Source: Planctomycetota bacterium (GTDB lineage: Bacteria > Planctomycetota > UBA8108 > SXIK01). Taken from it: 64,000 nt of DNA. Every line of letters starts with the position of its first letter. The first letter of the stretch is position 1. Location: NCBI GenBank assembly GCA_965223265.1, contig OZ244999.1:3584001-3648000 (forward strand), in the 5' to 3' direction. Of the stretch, positions 1 through 9,462 are shown one piece after another. The notes under the pieces were generated by a model, which was not told the origin of the DNA, did no database searches, and saw only the letters and a program-made list of their open reading frames with translations. The translations under genes and the position numbers were made by a program.

Positions 1-173
1 TCTTCGGCCGCTGTGTGGATCGTCCCAGGAAGCTTTGGATGCGGCTCGACGGTCTTAGCAACGATGACGACGTTGGCGCCATCTGCCGCGGCACGCAGCG
101 CGATCGCCTGTCCGATGCCGCGGCTGGCGCCAGTGACGAGAAGAGTCTTGCCCTCGAGGGAAGCTGTAGCCAT
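1..173 (-). CDS. Short-chain dehydrogenase/reductase (HSDL2-like), 5' part; runs off the window edge
   Basis: Manual translation from ATG at 173: MATASLEGKTLLVTGASRGIGQAIALRAAADGANVVIVAKTVEPHPKLPGTIHTAAE. It has the TGxxxGIG Rossmann motif and the PHPKLPGTI motif of HSDL2-like SDRs. Not in the ORF track because it is truncated. Confidence 0.9.
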   Translation of the reverse strand, partial: MATASLEGKTLLVTGASRGIGQAIALRAAADGANVVIVAKTVEPHPKLPGTIHTAAE

Positions 174-226
174 TCGGTTTAGCGTTAGGTTAGATCCGCG
201 CTGCGGTCGATCTCACGACACCACCC

Positions 227-1369
227 TCAGGTCTGCAAGGAGACGGGAGCACCTTTGGCAGCCGACTCGTAGGCGGCCAGCAAGACGCGAAGGTTGAGCG
301 CACCCTCGGCGGCGTCGACATCGCTGTCGCGATCCGACTCGATGCAGTCGACGAAATAGCTCGCGTCCGAAGCGCCTCCCGCGCCGACACCGCGCCACGC
401 CGTCTTTTCCACCGCCCCCCAGGCCCGTGTCGTGCTCGACCAAAAACCCATCGGGTCGTCGGGATTGGGCTCCGGCGGCTGCCACGAAGGAGTGTCGGAC
501 TGGACTTCGAGGCGCGGCTCCGCGGCATCGACGAGCGCGGACCCGTTCGAGCCGCACAGAAAGATCCGCATCGGGCCAAAGCCCGGGTAGCTGAGCCACC
601 CGGTTCGCCCGCCTGTGATTGTTGCCGTGAGTCCGTCGGCGAAGGTGAGCGTCAGGGCGCAAAAGTCTTCCACGTCGCGCGCTTGGTGCTCGCGAAAAAA
701 GTAGTTCGACGTCGTCGCGTACACTTGCCGGATCGGCTGCCGATGGATCGATCGTAGGAGTGCGATCGAGTAGACACACGTCGTGAAGAGTTCGCGCTTC
801 GCCTCCACGAAGGTGAATCGCTGTGGGGGAAAGCTCTCGCGACGTGCGCTCGTCAGGTCCGCGGTGCCGGCCGGTCCCTTTGGGAACAAGAGATCACAGT
901 GCATCGAGGTCAGCTCGCCGAGGCGACCGGAGACCGCGATCGCCTTTGCCTGTGCCATCCAGCCTTGGCGCAGCATAGTGAACATGTGACTCTTGACACG
1001 CTGCCGTTTGACGGCACCGACGAGTGCCGTCGCCGCCTCGTTCGTCGTACCGATCGGCTTGTCAACATACACATGCTTGCCCGCCAAGGCGCAGCGCGTG
1101 GCGATCTGGGCGCGACGCTCGAACTCGACGCAGACGCATGCGATGTGAACGTCGCGTCGCGCCAGCGCTGCGTCGACGTCAGGCAAGACAGGGATCTCCA
1201 AGTCGCGGGCGAGATCGTGAAGCCACTCGCGCCGCTCCGGCGGGATATCGGGCGCATCCGTGACTCCCACCAAATCGCAACGCTCGTCGTTCGCGAAGTC
1301 GCGCGCGTAATTCTCTTGGTGGCTGCGTTGACCGCCGAGGAGCAGGACGCCGTACTTTGACTTCTTCAT
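227..1369 (-). CDS. Gfo/Idh/MocA family oxidoreductase
   Basis: N-terminal Rossmann-like segment and AGKHVYVDKP (variant of GKHVxxEKP). Start placed at ATG 1369 (MKKSKYG), which overlaps the upstream stop as ATGA. Confidence 0.85.
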   Translation of the reverse strand: MKKSKYGVLLLGGQRSHQENYARDFANDERCDLVGVTDAPDIPPERREWLHDLARDLEIPVLPDVDAALARRDVHIACVCVEFERRAQIATRCALAGKHVYVDKPIGTTNEAATALVGAVKRQRVKSHMFTMLRQGWMAQAKAIAVSGRLGELTSMHCDLLFPKGPAGTADLTSARRESFPPQRFTFVEAKRELFTTCVYSIALLRSIHRQPIRQVYATTSNYFFREHQARDVEDFCALTLTFADGLTATITGGRTGWLSYPGFGPMRIFLCGSNGSALVDAAEPRLEVQSDTPSWQPPEPNPDDPMGFWSSTTRAWGAVEKTAWRGVGAGGASDASYFVDCIESDRDSDVDAAEGALNLRVLLAAYESAAKGAPVSLQT

Positions 1370-1860
1370 CGCGGGCTTCCTCCGCTGTTTGGCGGGACCC
1401 GAACGACACGTTCCTTCGCGAGCGACTCTTTCATAGCCGAGGCAAACGTCTGCGAGGCGCTCTCCTGCCAATCGCTGAATTCAGTGCCGCACTCGCCGTC
1501 GCTTTCGAGAAGCTCGCGGCGCGGCGCGTGTCGTATGCTGCCGTGATTGCCGAGCACGAAGAGATCAACGTTAGGCGCTGAGTGCCGCAGAAGGTTGACC
1601 GTGACCAGTCCAGTGCCGCCAGCAGCGAACACTGATTGAGCACTCAAGTGCCCAGCTTCGACGCGACCGGTGACGAATACCGACTCTACTCGCTGATCAA
1701 GAAGCGACGCGAGGAGCGCAGTGCCGCGAGCGAGGACGTCGAGAAGCGTCCCATGGTCAGCCGACAGCTCCAAGAAGAGTCGTGCGAATACCGGCTTTCC
1801 GATGCGGCCAGCGCGGATCTCTTCGCGGCTCGCACGCTCAACTCGTTCAAGGTAATGCAC
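1366..1860 (-). CDS. Hypothetical protein resembling only the C-terminal domain of Gfo/Idh/MocA oxidoreductases
   Basis: GTG at 1860 preceded by AAGGAG; IRAGRIGKPVFARL and VDLFVLGNHGSI resemble GFO C-terminal domain motifs; its stop overlaps the next start (ATGA). Confidence 0.6.
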   Translation of the reverse strand: MHYLERVERASREEIRAGRIGKPVFARLFLELSADHGTLLDVLARGTALLASLLDQRVESVFVTGRVEAGHLSAQSVFAAGGTGLVTVNLLRHSAPNVDLFVLGNHGSIRHAPRRELLESDGECGTEFSDWQESASQTFASAMKESLAKERVVRVPPNSGGSPR

Positions 1861-2110
1861 GCGTCGGTGAACTCCTTTGACGATACCCTTCTTTTGGTCT
1901 CCTTCCCGCGGTCCGCAATCGGGCGGTGACCATCGCCGATCGCGCTGCATTGTTGCCGCTGGTATCGATTTTCGTCAAGATCGACGTAGAGTTTTCGCAG
2001 CTCCTTCGATACGCTTCTTTTGAGTGCGTTCGGCGCCCGATGCCCGAGCACCGGTTCGGCGAAAACAAGCGAACATGGCCCTATAAGAGCCGGACGAAGA
2101 GAGACCTGAG

Positions 2111-2134
2111 AGGAGCCATAGGAGCCATAGGAGC
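2111..2134 (+). repeat. Tandem 9-bp repeat AGGAGCCAT x2 + AGGAGC forming a triple Shine-Dalgarno before ferritin
   Basis: aggagccat aggagccat aggagc read directly; TTG start at 2140. Confidence 0.8.
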
Positions 2135-2139
2135 TAACG

Positions 2140-2661
2140 TTGCCCACGATCACCCCCGAGGTTGAGTCCGCTCTCAACGGCCAACTGAACGCCGAGTTCT
2201 TTTCGTCTTATCTCTACCTGAGCATGGCGGCGTACTTCGAGGAGAGCGATCTGCCTGGAATGTCCAATTGGATGCGCGTGCAGGCAGACGAAGAGCACCA
2301 GCATGCGATGAAGTTCTACCAGTTCCTGCTCGATCGTGACGCGCGGATCGTCCTCGAAGCGATCTCCAAACCAGCGAGCTCGTGGGACTCTCCGCTTGCG
2401 GCCTTCGAGGACGCCCTCGAGCACGAACGCGGCGTTAGCCAGAGCATCAACAACCTCGTTGACCTCTGCCTGAAGAGTCACGACCACGCCACGAACAACT
2501 TCTTGCAATGGTTCGTCGCCGAGCAAGTCGAAGAAGAGGCGACGGTTCGGGATCTGCTGCGACGTGTCAAGCTCGTTGGTAACGACGGCCGCGGCCTCTT
2601 CTTGATCGACCAAGAGCTGGCGACGCGTACGCCAGCCTCCAGCGCCACCCCTGGCGCGTGA
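2140..2661 (+). CDS. ftnA: Non-heme ferritin
   Basis: [31 protein letters not shown] and [13 protein letters not shown] ferroxidase-centre motifs; 173 aa. Confidence 0.93.
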   Translation: MPTITPEVESALNGQLNAEFFSSYLYLSMAAYFEESDLPGMSNWMRVQADEEHQHAMKFYQFLLDRDARIVLEAISKPASSWDSPLAAFEDALEHERGVSQSINNLVDLCLKSHDHATNNFLQWFVAEQVEEEATVRDLLRRVKLVGNDGRGLFLIDQELATRTPASSATPGA

Positions 2662-2714
2662 AGACCCCACCTCAGGTGACGAAGAGCAACCTGTCGCTCT
2701 CCCACAGCTCTGCG

Positions 2715-2720
2715 TATAAT
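2715..2720 (+). promoter_or_regulatory. Candidate sigma70 -10 box (TATAAT) upstream of the first DUF1549/DUF1553 operon
   Basis: Perfect TATAAT in a GC-rich intergenic region; no clear -35. Confidence 0.3.
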
Positions 2721-2854
2721 TCAGGGCGCGAGCTTGGTCTTCCGACCGCGTCTTGCTGACTGGTAACCCTGACGTTCCCCAACCCACCTATCGTCGCACG
2801 AGGCCGTCAGAGTTCAGATCTATCGATCACCGCCGCTCCCCGGAGTCAGATCTG

Positions 2855-5800
2855 ATGCGCAACAGGTTTTCTTGGGCTGCCGCCACTCTGGTCACGATCT
2901 GGACGCTACCTCTCAGCGCCGTCGACCTACCGCAGGCGTTGACAGCCGACGAACTCGAGTTCTTCGAGACGCGAATCCGTCCGCTTCTCTCGGAACGCTG
3001 TTACGCTTGTCATTCAACCCGCGCTGACGAGGTGAAAGGAGGGCTCCTCCTGGACAGCCGCGCCGGTTGGATGCGTGGTGGCGACCGTGGCGACCCGGTC
3101 ATCACGCCGGGAAGGCCGGAGCTCAGCGTCCTCCTCACGGCGGTCGCCTACACCGATCCTGACCTCCAGATGCCGCCGAAGGGGAAACTGGCTGCCGCGG
3201 AAATCGCGGCGCTCAAGCGCTGGATCGAGCTGGGGGCGCCAGACCCGCGCCGGGAAGACCGGACCGCGCGCCGGGAAGATGCGATCGATTTCGAGCAGCG
3301 TCGCCGAGAACACTGGTGCTGGCGACCGATCGAGAGGCCGCAGGCTCCGCCGGTATCCGATAGCGCGTGGGCGATCTCCCCGATCGACCGCCACATCCTC
3401 GCTCACTTGGAAGCGGCCGGGCTGAGTCCGGCTGCCGACGCGGAGCGCTCAACGCTCTTGCGGCGCATCTCTTTCGACCTGGTGGGGCTCCCGCCGACGC
3501 TCTCCGAGTTGAACGACTTCCTTGCGGATCATTCCCCAGACGCTTACGACAAGGTAGTCGATCGACTTCTCTCCTCACCGCGATTTCCGGAAAAGTGGGC
3601 GCAGCATTGGCTCGACCTCGTGCGCTACGCCGAGACGCGAGGTCACGAAAGCGACTACGCAATCCCGCATGCGTTTCGCTATCGTGACTATGTCCTCAAG
3701 AGTCTTTCTAGCGACGTTCCCTTCGACACTTTCGTCATCGAACATATCGCTGGCGACCTTGTCGAAGAGCCACGCCTCGACCCGTTGACGCAGACGAATG
3801 AGTCGATTCTGGGGACTGGCTTTTGGCACCTCGGTGAAGCGGCTCACAGCCCCGTCGACATTCGCGGCGAAGAAGCCGACCGCGTTGCCAATCAAATCGA
3901 CGTCTTCTCGAAGACGTTCCTCGGACTCAGCATCGGCTGCGCGCGCTGCCATGACCATAAGTTCGATGCGATCACGACCCAGGACTACTACGCGCTTTGC
4001 GGCTACCTCCAGAGTTCGGGCTATCACGAGGCAAACATTGCCGACCCGAAGCGCCGCCGGGAGATAGCTGACCGTCTCACGAGCCTACGCCAAGAATACG
4101 AGCCGCGTTCGCTCGCCGCCCTGCACCGTGCCGCTGTCGAGCGCACGGCTCAACTCGGTCGCTATCTGGTCGCAGCGGTTCGTCTTCGTCAGTCGGGGCA
4201 GAGCATCGTGGCGACAGAAGATACGCTGAAAGAAGCGGCTGCTCTCGGACTCGATCGCGACCGCATCGAGCGCTGGAGCGAGGCACTGAAGAGCGCAAGC
4301 GAGCAACCGGAACACCCCCTTTTCCCACTTGCGGTGCTGGCGACAAAGACCAGTTTGAGCGTGCCGCAGGTTGCTGCGATGCGCGAAAAAGTGCGCTCGA
4401 TATGGAACGTTCGAGAGCAAGAATCCGCGGACAAACTCGCCGCGCAGCACGTCGTCGCCACCCGAAAGGAAGGTGAGCACAACGACGTCAAGACAGAAAG
4501 GCCGTGGCGACCAGGCGACGACCTCATCGCAGGCGACGTCGACGCGTTGGGAGCCGACAGGCACTGGCTCACCGCCGGCCATCGCTTTGGCGACCGCGCC
4601 GCATCGGTTGGCAGCGTCGTTTTCGGGAGGGCGCCCGACCGCCCGATCGCAGCGATTCTGACGCGCCCCGCTGTGTGCAGCGATCTCTCTTCCGACAAGC
4701 TCACAGGCCTCTATCGTACACCGACGTTCGAAGTCGTTGGTGATAAGGTTTGGTACCGCTTCAGCGGTAAAGCCGACGTTTTCCTGGCGGTCGATTCGCA
4801 TCGAGTCGTCCACGGGCCGCTCCACCGCGTCGTCAAGCAGCATTTGGACAGCGACGCTGGCGGCGAGTGGTTCGCGCATTCAACCACGGACTACATAGGC
4901 CATCGAGTCCACATCGAATTCACATCGAAGGATAACTTTCGCCTGGAGCGGGTTGTTTTCTCTGAAACTCAACCTGTCGATCCGGCGCCCCCCAACGAAA
5001 GGTTGCGTCGACTCATCATCGGCGGCCAATTCGCCACTGCAGACGAGCTCGCAGAGGCGTTTCGCGATGCTGTGCTCTCGAGCCTCCACCGCATGGCACG
5101 GAGCCGCAGCGTTCGCGAAGAAGTTGACCGCGCCGACGCCGAGTTGGCGCAGTGGCTTGTGGCCTCATGGGATCTCCTCGGACCCGAAGGAAAGGCGTCA
5201 AGAGATCTCGGCACGCTCTTTCTCGAATACCAGCGGCAACGGCACGCACTAGAGTCAGAGCTGCCAGAGCCCGTTCGCGGGTTGGCGCTGCTGGACGGCA
5301 GCGGCGAAGACGAGCGTGTGCACATCCGCGGCAACCACAAGACGCTGGCGCGGCACCCCGTCGGGCGCCGTAACCTGGCGGCACTGGGAGGCGTTCGGGC
5401 GCCCCCCTCACCAAGCCGCGGCAGCGGGCGACTCGCTCTGGCACATCAAATCGCCTCACCAGCTAACCCACTGGTGGCGCGCGTCGCTGCAAACCGCGTT
5501 TGGCATCATCTTTTCGGTCGTGGCATCGTCCCGAGCGTCGATGACTTTGGCGTCATGGGACAGCCTCCGTCGCATCCGGAGCTGCTGGACTATCTGGCGG
5601 TACGTCTCATCGATTCGGGGTGGTCGCTGAAGACGCTCGTTCGTGAGATCGTGACGTCCCGGACTTATCGCATGGCGAGTCGTCCGGCGGCAGCGTCGGC
5701 GGATCGCGCGCCCGAAGTCGATCCGACCAATCAGTTTCTTCATCACATGCCGCTTCGGCGCCTCACAGGTGAGGCGCTGCGGGACGCGATCCTACATCTC

Positions 5801-6340
5801 TCCGGTCGGCTCGATCGAAGAATGCTAGGTCCGAGCGTCATGGTCCATATCACACCATATATGCGCGGCAATCGCAGCCCCGGCGGCAGTGGCCCGATAG
5901 ATGGCGACGGCCGCCGCAGTGTCTACATCGAGGCGCGTCGAAATCATCTTTCCCACTTTCTTGTCGCCTTCGACAAACCGATCCCATTCTCGACGATGGG
6001 ACGACGGTCGGTGTCGAATTCACCGGCACAGCCATTGATTCTTCTGAACGATCCGTTCGTGCACCAGCAAGCGAAGTTGTGGGCCGCGCGCTTGTTGGCT
6101 CCAGAGAGTGTGGGAAACAAAGAGGCGCAAAACGACGCACAACGCGTCGCCGCGGCTTACTTGAGGGCGCTCTCGCGCCGACCCCATGACTGGGAACAAG
6201 ACGCGGCCATCGAGTTTCTTCAAGACCAACGGCAAGAGTATGCGGCCTCAGGCGCCACAGCGGACGAGTCGCGTCAACTAGCTTGGGCCGATTTCTGCCA
6301 CACCCTGTTCAACGTCAAAGAGTTCGTGTTTTTACGCTAG
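2855..6340 (+). CDS. Planctomycete cytochrome c + DUF1549 + DUF1553 (PSCyt1/PSCyt2/PSD1) protein
   Basis: Signal peptide; FFETRIRPLLSERCYACH heme motif; WLDLVRYAET and GCARCHDHKFD (DUF1549); NRVWHHLFGRG and PSHPELLDYLA (DUF1553). Start chosen at ATG 2855; the ORF is open from 2753. Confidence 0.92.
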   Translation: MRNRFSWAAATLVTIWTLPLSAVDLPQALTADELEFFETRIRPLLSERCYACHSTRADEVKGGLLLDSRAGWMRGGDRGDPVITPGRPELSVLLTAVAYTDPDLQMPPKGKLAAAEIAALKRWIELGAPDPRREDRTARREDAIDFEQRRREHWCWRPIERPQAPPVSDSAWAISPIDRHILAHLEAAGLSPAADAERSTLLRRISFDLVGLPPTLSELNDFLADHSPDAYDKVVDRLLSSPRFPEKWAQHWLDLVRYAETRGHESDYAIPHAFRYRDYVLKSLSSDVPFDTFVIEHIAGDLVEEPRLDPLTQTNESILGTGFWHLGEAAHSPVDIRGEEADRVANQIDVFSKTFLGLSIGCARCHDHKFDAITTQDYYALCGYLQSSGYHEANIADPKRRREIADRLTSLRQEYEPRSLAALHRAAVERTAQLGRYLVAAVRLRQSGQSIVATEDTLKEAAALGLDRDRIERWSEALKSASEQPEHPLFPLAVLATKTSLSVPQVAAMREKVRSIWNVREQESADKLAAQHVVATRKEGEHNDVKTERPWRPGDDLIAGDVDALGADRHWLTAGHRFGDRAASVGSVVFGRAPDRPIAAILTRPAVCSDLSSDKLTGLYRTPTFEVVGDKVWYRFSGKADVFLAVDSHRVVHGPLHRVVKQHLDSDAGGEWFAHSTTDYIGHRVHIEFTSKDNFRLERVVFSETQPVDPAPPNERLRRLIIGGQFATADELAEAFRDAVLSSLHRMARSRSVREEVDRADAELAQWLVASWDLLGPEGKASRDLGTLFLEYQRQRHALESELPEPVRGLALLDGSGEDERVHIRGNHKTLARHPVGRRNLAALGGVRAPPSPSRGSGRLALAHQIASPANPLVARVAANRVWHHLFGRGIVPSVDDFGVMGQPPSHPELLDYLAVRLIDSGWSLKTLVREIVTSRTYRMASRPAAASADRAPEVDPTNQFLHHMPLRRLTGEALRDAILHLSGRLDRRMLGPSVMVHITPYMRGNRSPGGSGPIDGDGRRSVYIEARRNHLSHFLVAFDKPIPFSTMGRRSVSNSPAQPLILLNDPFVHQQAKLWAARLLAPESVGNKEAQNDAQRVAAAYLRALSRRPHDWEQDAAIEFLQDQRQEYAASGATADESRQLAWADFCHTLFNVKEFVFLR

Positions 6341-6375
6341 CATCGAGTTTGATTCCCTTCGTTTGAGTTCGTGCG

Positions 6376-7827
6376 ATGCCTCCAAGTGCAACGTCCCAAC
6401 ACAATCTTCTGAGCCGGCGACGGCTGCTGGATCGAGCTGCGGCGGGATTCGGTTCAGTAGCGCTGACAGCTCTTCTTTGCGATTCGGCATATGGCGCCAC
6501 GGTCTCCGCAAGCTCGCCCGGCAGGGCGCGGTCACCAAACGCTGTACGCCCAGCGCACCATCCGGCTCGCGCCAAACGCGTGATCTTTCTCTATATGGAC
6601 GGCGGCGTTTCGCAAGTCGACAGCTTCGATCCGAAGCCGCGCCTGGCACGCGAACACGGCCGTAAGTTCAACGCCAAGATCGAGCCGACGCAGTTTGACA
6701 ACATCGGCAAGACGCTCAAGTCGCCGTGGGCATTCTCGCGCTACGGTGAGAGCGGCCTAGCCGTCAGCGAGCTGTTTCCGCATGTCGGGCGCCTTGCGGA
6801 CGAACTCTGCGTGGTCCGCTCGATGGTTTCTGAGTTCTCAGAGCATCAGACCGCGAACTTCTTCCTCCACACCTGCTTCGGCATGCAGGGGCGACCGAGT
6901 GCTGGTGCCTGGGTCACGTACGGACTCGGATCGGAGAACCAGAGCCTACCTGGCTACGTCGTCATCAACGGTGGGCTGATTCCCTCCGGTGGCCTCGACA
7001 ACTTTGGCAGCAGTTTTCTGCCAGCTACCTACCAAGGTACGATCTTCAAGCCGGGCGCACGACCGGTCGCCAACGTCGAGCCACAGGAGAAGATTCCGCG
7101 GGCGCAGCGAAGAAAGCTCTCACTTCTCCGGCGTCTGGACCAGGGCGTTCTCGAGGCGACCGGTGAAGTCGACGCCATCGAGTCGGCGATCGCCAACTAT
7201 GAGATGGCTTTTCGCATGCAATCCGCGGTGCCGTCCTTGGTTGACTTTGCTGGCGAGAGCGCCGCCGTTCGCCGCCTCTACGGTATGGAGTCGGAATTCG
7301 AGCCGACGCGCACGTTCGGCGCGCAGTGCCTGATCGCGCGGCGCATGGTGGAACGCGGTGTTCGCTTCGTTGAACTGACTTGTCCTCGCATCAGCGGCTG
7401 TGATCGCTGGGATGCCCATGTCGGACTCCGTACCAACCATGGTCGCAACGCCCGCGCGGTCGATCAGCCGATCGCAGGCTTGCTCCAAGATCTCAAAGCG
7501 CGCGGGCTGCTCGATGAGACGTTGGTGGTTTGGGCGGGAGAGTTCGGACGCACACCGTTCGCGCAAGGGTCGAACGGACGCGACCACAGTCCGTTCGGCT
7601 TCACGATCTGGCTGGCCGGTGGTGGCGTACGCCGCGGCACCGTCCACGGGGCCACCGATGAGTTCGGCTACCACGCCATCGAGAACCGCGTCGAGATCTA
7701 CGACCTGCACGCGACGATCCTGCATCTTCTCGGGATCGACCACAAGCGGCTCACGTTCCGCTTCAGCGGCCGCGACATGCGCCTCACGGACGTTCACGGC
7801 GAAGTGGTGAAGGGTGTTGTTGAGTGA
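6376..7827 (+). CDS. DUF1501 domain protein (Tat-exported)
   Basis: SRRRLL Tat-like motif; AKRVIFLYMDGGVSQVDSFDPKP, WDAH, GEFGRTP, GRDH, RLTDVHG. Confidence 0.93.
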   Translation: MPPSATSQHNLLSRRRLLDRAAAGFGSVALTALLCDSAYGATVSASSPGRARSPNAVRPAHHPARAKRVIFLYMDGGVSQVDSFDPKPRLAREHGRKFNAKIEPTQFDNIGKTLKSPWAFSRYGESGLAVSELFPHVGRLADELCVVRSMVSEFSEHQTANFFLHTCFGMQGRPSAGAWVTYGLGSENQSLPGYVVINGGLIPSGGLDNFGSSFLPATYQGTIFKPGARPVANVEPQEKIPRAQRRKLSLLRRLDQGVLEATGEVDAIESAIANYEMAFRMQSAVPSLVDFAGESAAVRRLYGMESEFEPTRTFGAQCLIARRMVERGVRFVELTCPRISGCDRWDAHVGLRTNHGRNARAVDQPIAGLLQDLKARGLLDETLVVWAGEFGRTPFAQGSNGRDHSPFGFTIWLAGGGVRRGTVHGATDEFGYHAIENRVEIYDLHATILHLLGIDHKRLTFRFSGRDMRLTDVHGEVVKGVVE

Positions 7828-7835
7828 GGGGCGAC

Positions 7836-9338
7836 TTACTGCGCCGTGCGCACAGCGCGTACCCAGTAACTGCTGGATTTCGGCGCGTGGTATACGTCGC
7901 CGCCGTACCAGAAGTTCACGAAGTCTGCCGCTATCGGGTTGTCGCCCAATTCACCCGCCGGCTCAAGGTTGGATGAAGCCCAGTAACGCACCGACTCGCT
8001 CGTGAACGCCGAGTCGATGGCGGGATCGTGTCTACCGTAGTCGACGAGACTCTCGAGTTCGCGCGTATTGGGAAGCCGCCAGTCACTATGGCTCGCATGC
8101 TCGAGACCTTCGCAGTACTGGAGCGCCTCTTGCCACGTGACCCGGTCCGGACTCGCGGACGAAATCGTGATCTCGCCGTCGCCGTTGATATCAGCCGTCG
8201 CCTGCTGCCACATCAAGTCCGTGCAAGTGTCTGTGATCGTGCCGTCGCCGTTGTCGCGGAAGCGCTCCGCTGACGAGCAGCCGGTCGCATAGTAACCATC
8301 TTGCCCGGCCCAGTCCTCGCTTGCACAGTCAACGACGCCACCGAGGTCGTCAAAGCAGAGCGTCTGACCCGTGTCGGGGAGACCCAACCGCGCCGGGCAG
8401 GCTGGCGGGATCGTGACAGGATCTCCAAGAAAGAGATGCCCGAGGAGCGAGATCGCGTCGCTCACGTCGATCGAGCCGTCCGCATTGATATCACCGTTCT
8501 CTGCTGCACAGCCGGTCCGCACCGCCAGGACGAACGTACGGCGCTCTTTCGTCCACAGCGCGAGCTCGCTGGAGGCGTAGAACGTCACGAGAATCGCGAA
8601 CTCCGAAAGATCGGCGTGACTCGTAGAGGTCCAGTACTTTGCGAGCTGAACGTCGAAGACGGGATCTACGGCCGGCTGTGGATGACGTCTTTCATAGTCG
8701 ACGATGCTCTGGAGTTCTCGTGCGTTGGGGAGTCGCCAGTCGTCGTAGCCAGCGTGCCGAAGCTCCTCACAGTGTCGAAGGGCTTCCTGCCAAGTAACGC
8801 CATCGGGACCGGGGTCGACATTCGTCTCGGGCGTAATCTCGCCGTCCTCGTTGATATCGGCGGTCGATCGTTGCCACATGAGACCGGTGCAGGTGTCGGA
8901 AACAGTTTGGTCGCCGTTGTCGATGAAACGATCTTCGGAGGGGCAGCCGGTCGCGTAGAACGCGTCCTGACCGGGCCAGGCACTACTGTCACAGTCGACC
9001 GGACGCGCGGCATCGTCGTAGCACCCCGTCTGGCCGGTGTCCGGAATGCCGGCCGGCACCAGAGACAAGGGCGTGAGCTGCATCGGGGTGCCGATGAAAA
9101 GATGATTGAGCAGCGTGATCGCATCGCTCACGTCCGCTCCGCCGTCCGCGTTGACGTCGCCGTTCACCACAACAAACCCTTCGTCTGTATCTGCGGCCGC
9201 AGCGGTGCTTCCTAACATCAGCTGGCCGATCATTATCACGAACGCCAGTAGCGATGGCCCACGCACGTAATGCCCCGCCCGTGGGTTCGTCACACAAAAA
9301 GCACTCCCGCTGTCTCGGCTGACTGAGACGCACTGCAT
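7836..9338 (-). CDS. Secreted protein with two DUF1566 (Lcl C-terminal-like) domains, each preceded by a dockerin-like EF-hand segment
   Basis: Two copies each of PDTGQ.C, RF.DNGD.T..DTCT.LMWQ, WQEAL..CE and DWRLPN.REL; two GD.NADG..DVSDAI.LL.HLF segments; GGAGG SD. Confidence 0.88.
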   Translation of the reverse strand: MQCVSVSRDSGSAFCVTNPRAGHYVRGPSLLAFVIMIGQLMLGSTAAAADTDEGFVVVNGDVNADGGADVSDAITLLNHLFIGTPMQLTPLSLVPAGIPDTGQTGCYDDAARPVDCDSSAWPGQDAFYATGCPSEDRFIDNGDQTVSDTCTGLMWQRSTADINEDGEITPETNVDPGPDGVTWQEALRHCEELRHAGYDDWRLPNARELQSIVDYERRHPQPAVDPVFDVQLAKYWTSTSHADLSEFAILVTFYASSELALWTKERRTFVLAVRTGCAAENGDINADGSIDVSDAISLLGHLFLGDPVTIPPACPARLGLPDTGQTLCFDDLGGVVDCASEDWAGQDGYYATGCSSAERFRDNGDGTITDTCTDLMWQQATADINGDGEITISSASPDRVTWQEALQYCEGLEHASHSDWRLPNTRELESLVDYGRHDPAIDSAFTSESVRYWASSNLEPAGELGDNPIAADFVNFWYGGDVYHAPKSSSYWVRAVRTAQ

Positions 9339-9462
9339 AGGACGAACACCTCCCCGTTTCTGTACTTTCTGCGATTGTCCGCCGCGCGGAACGCAGAAGC
9401 AAGCGGAACCCTGTCCGGGCGCACGTATTGAAGCCAGCCCTTAGCGTCGATCGGATCAAGCA

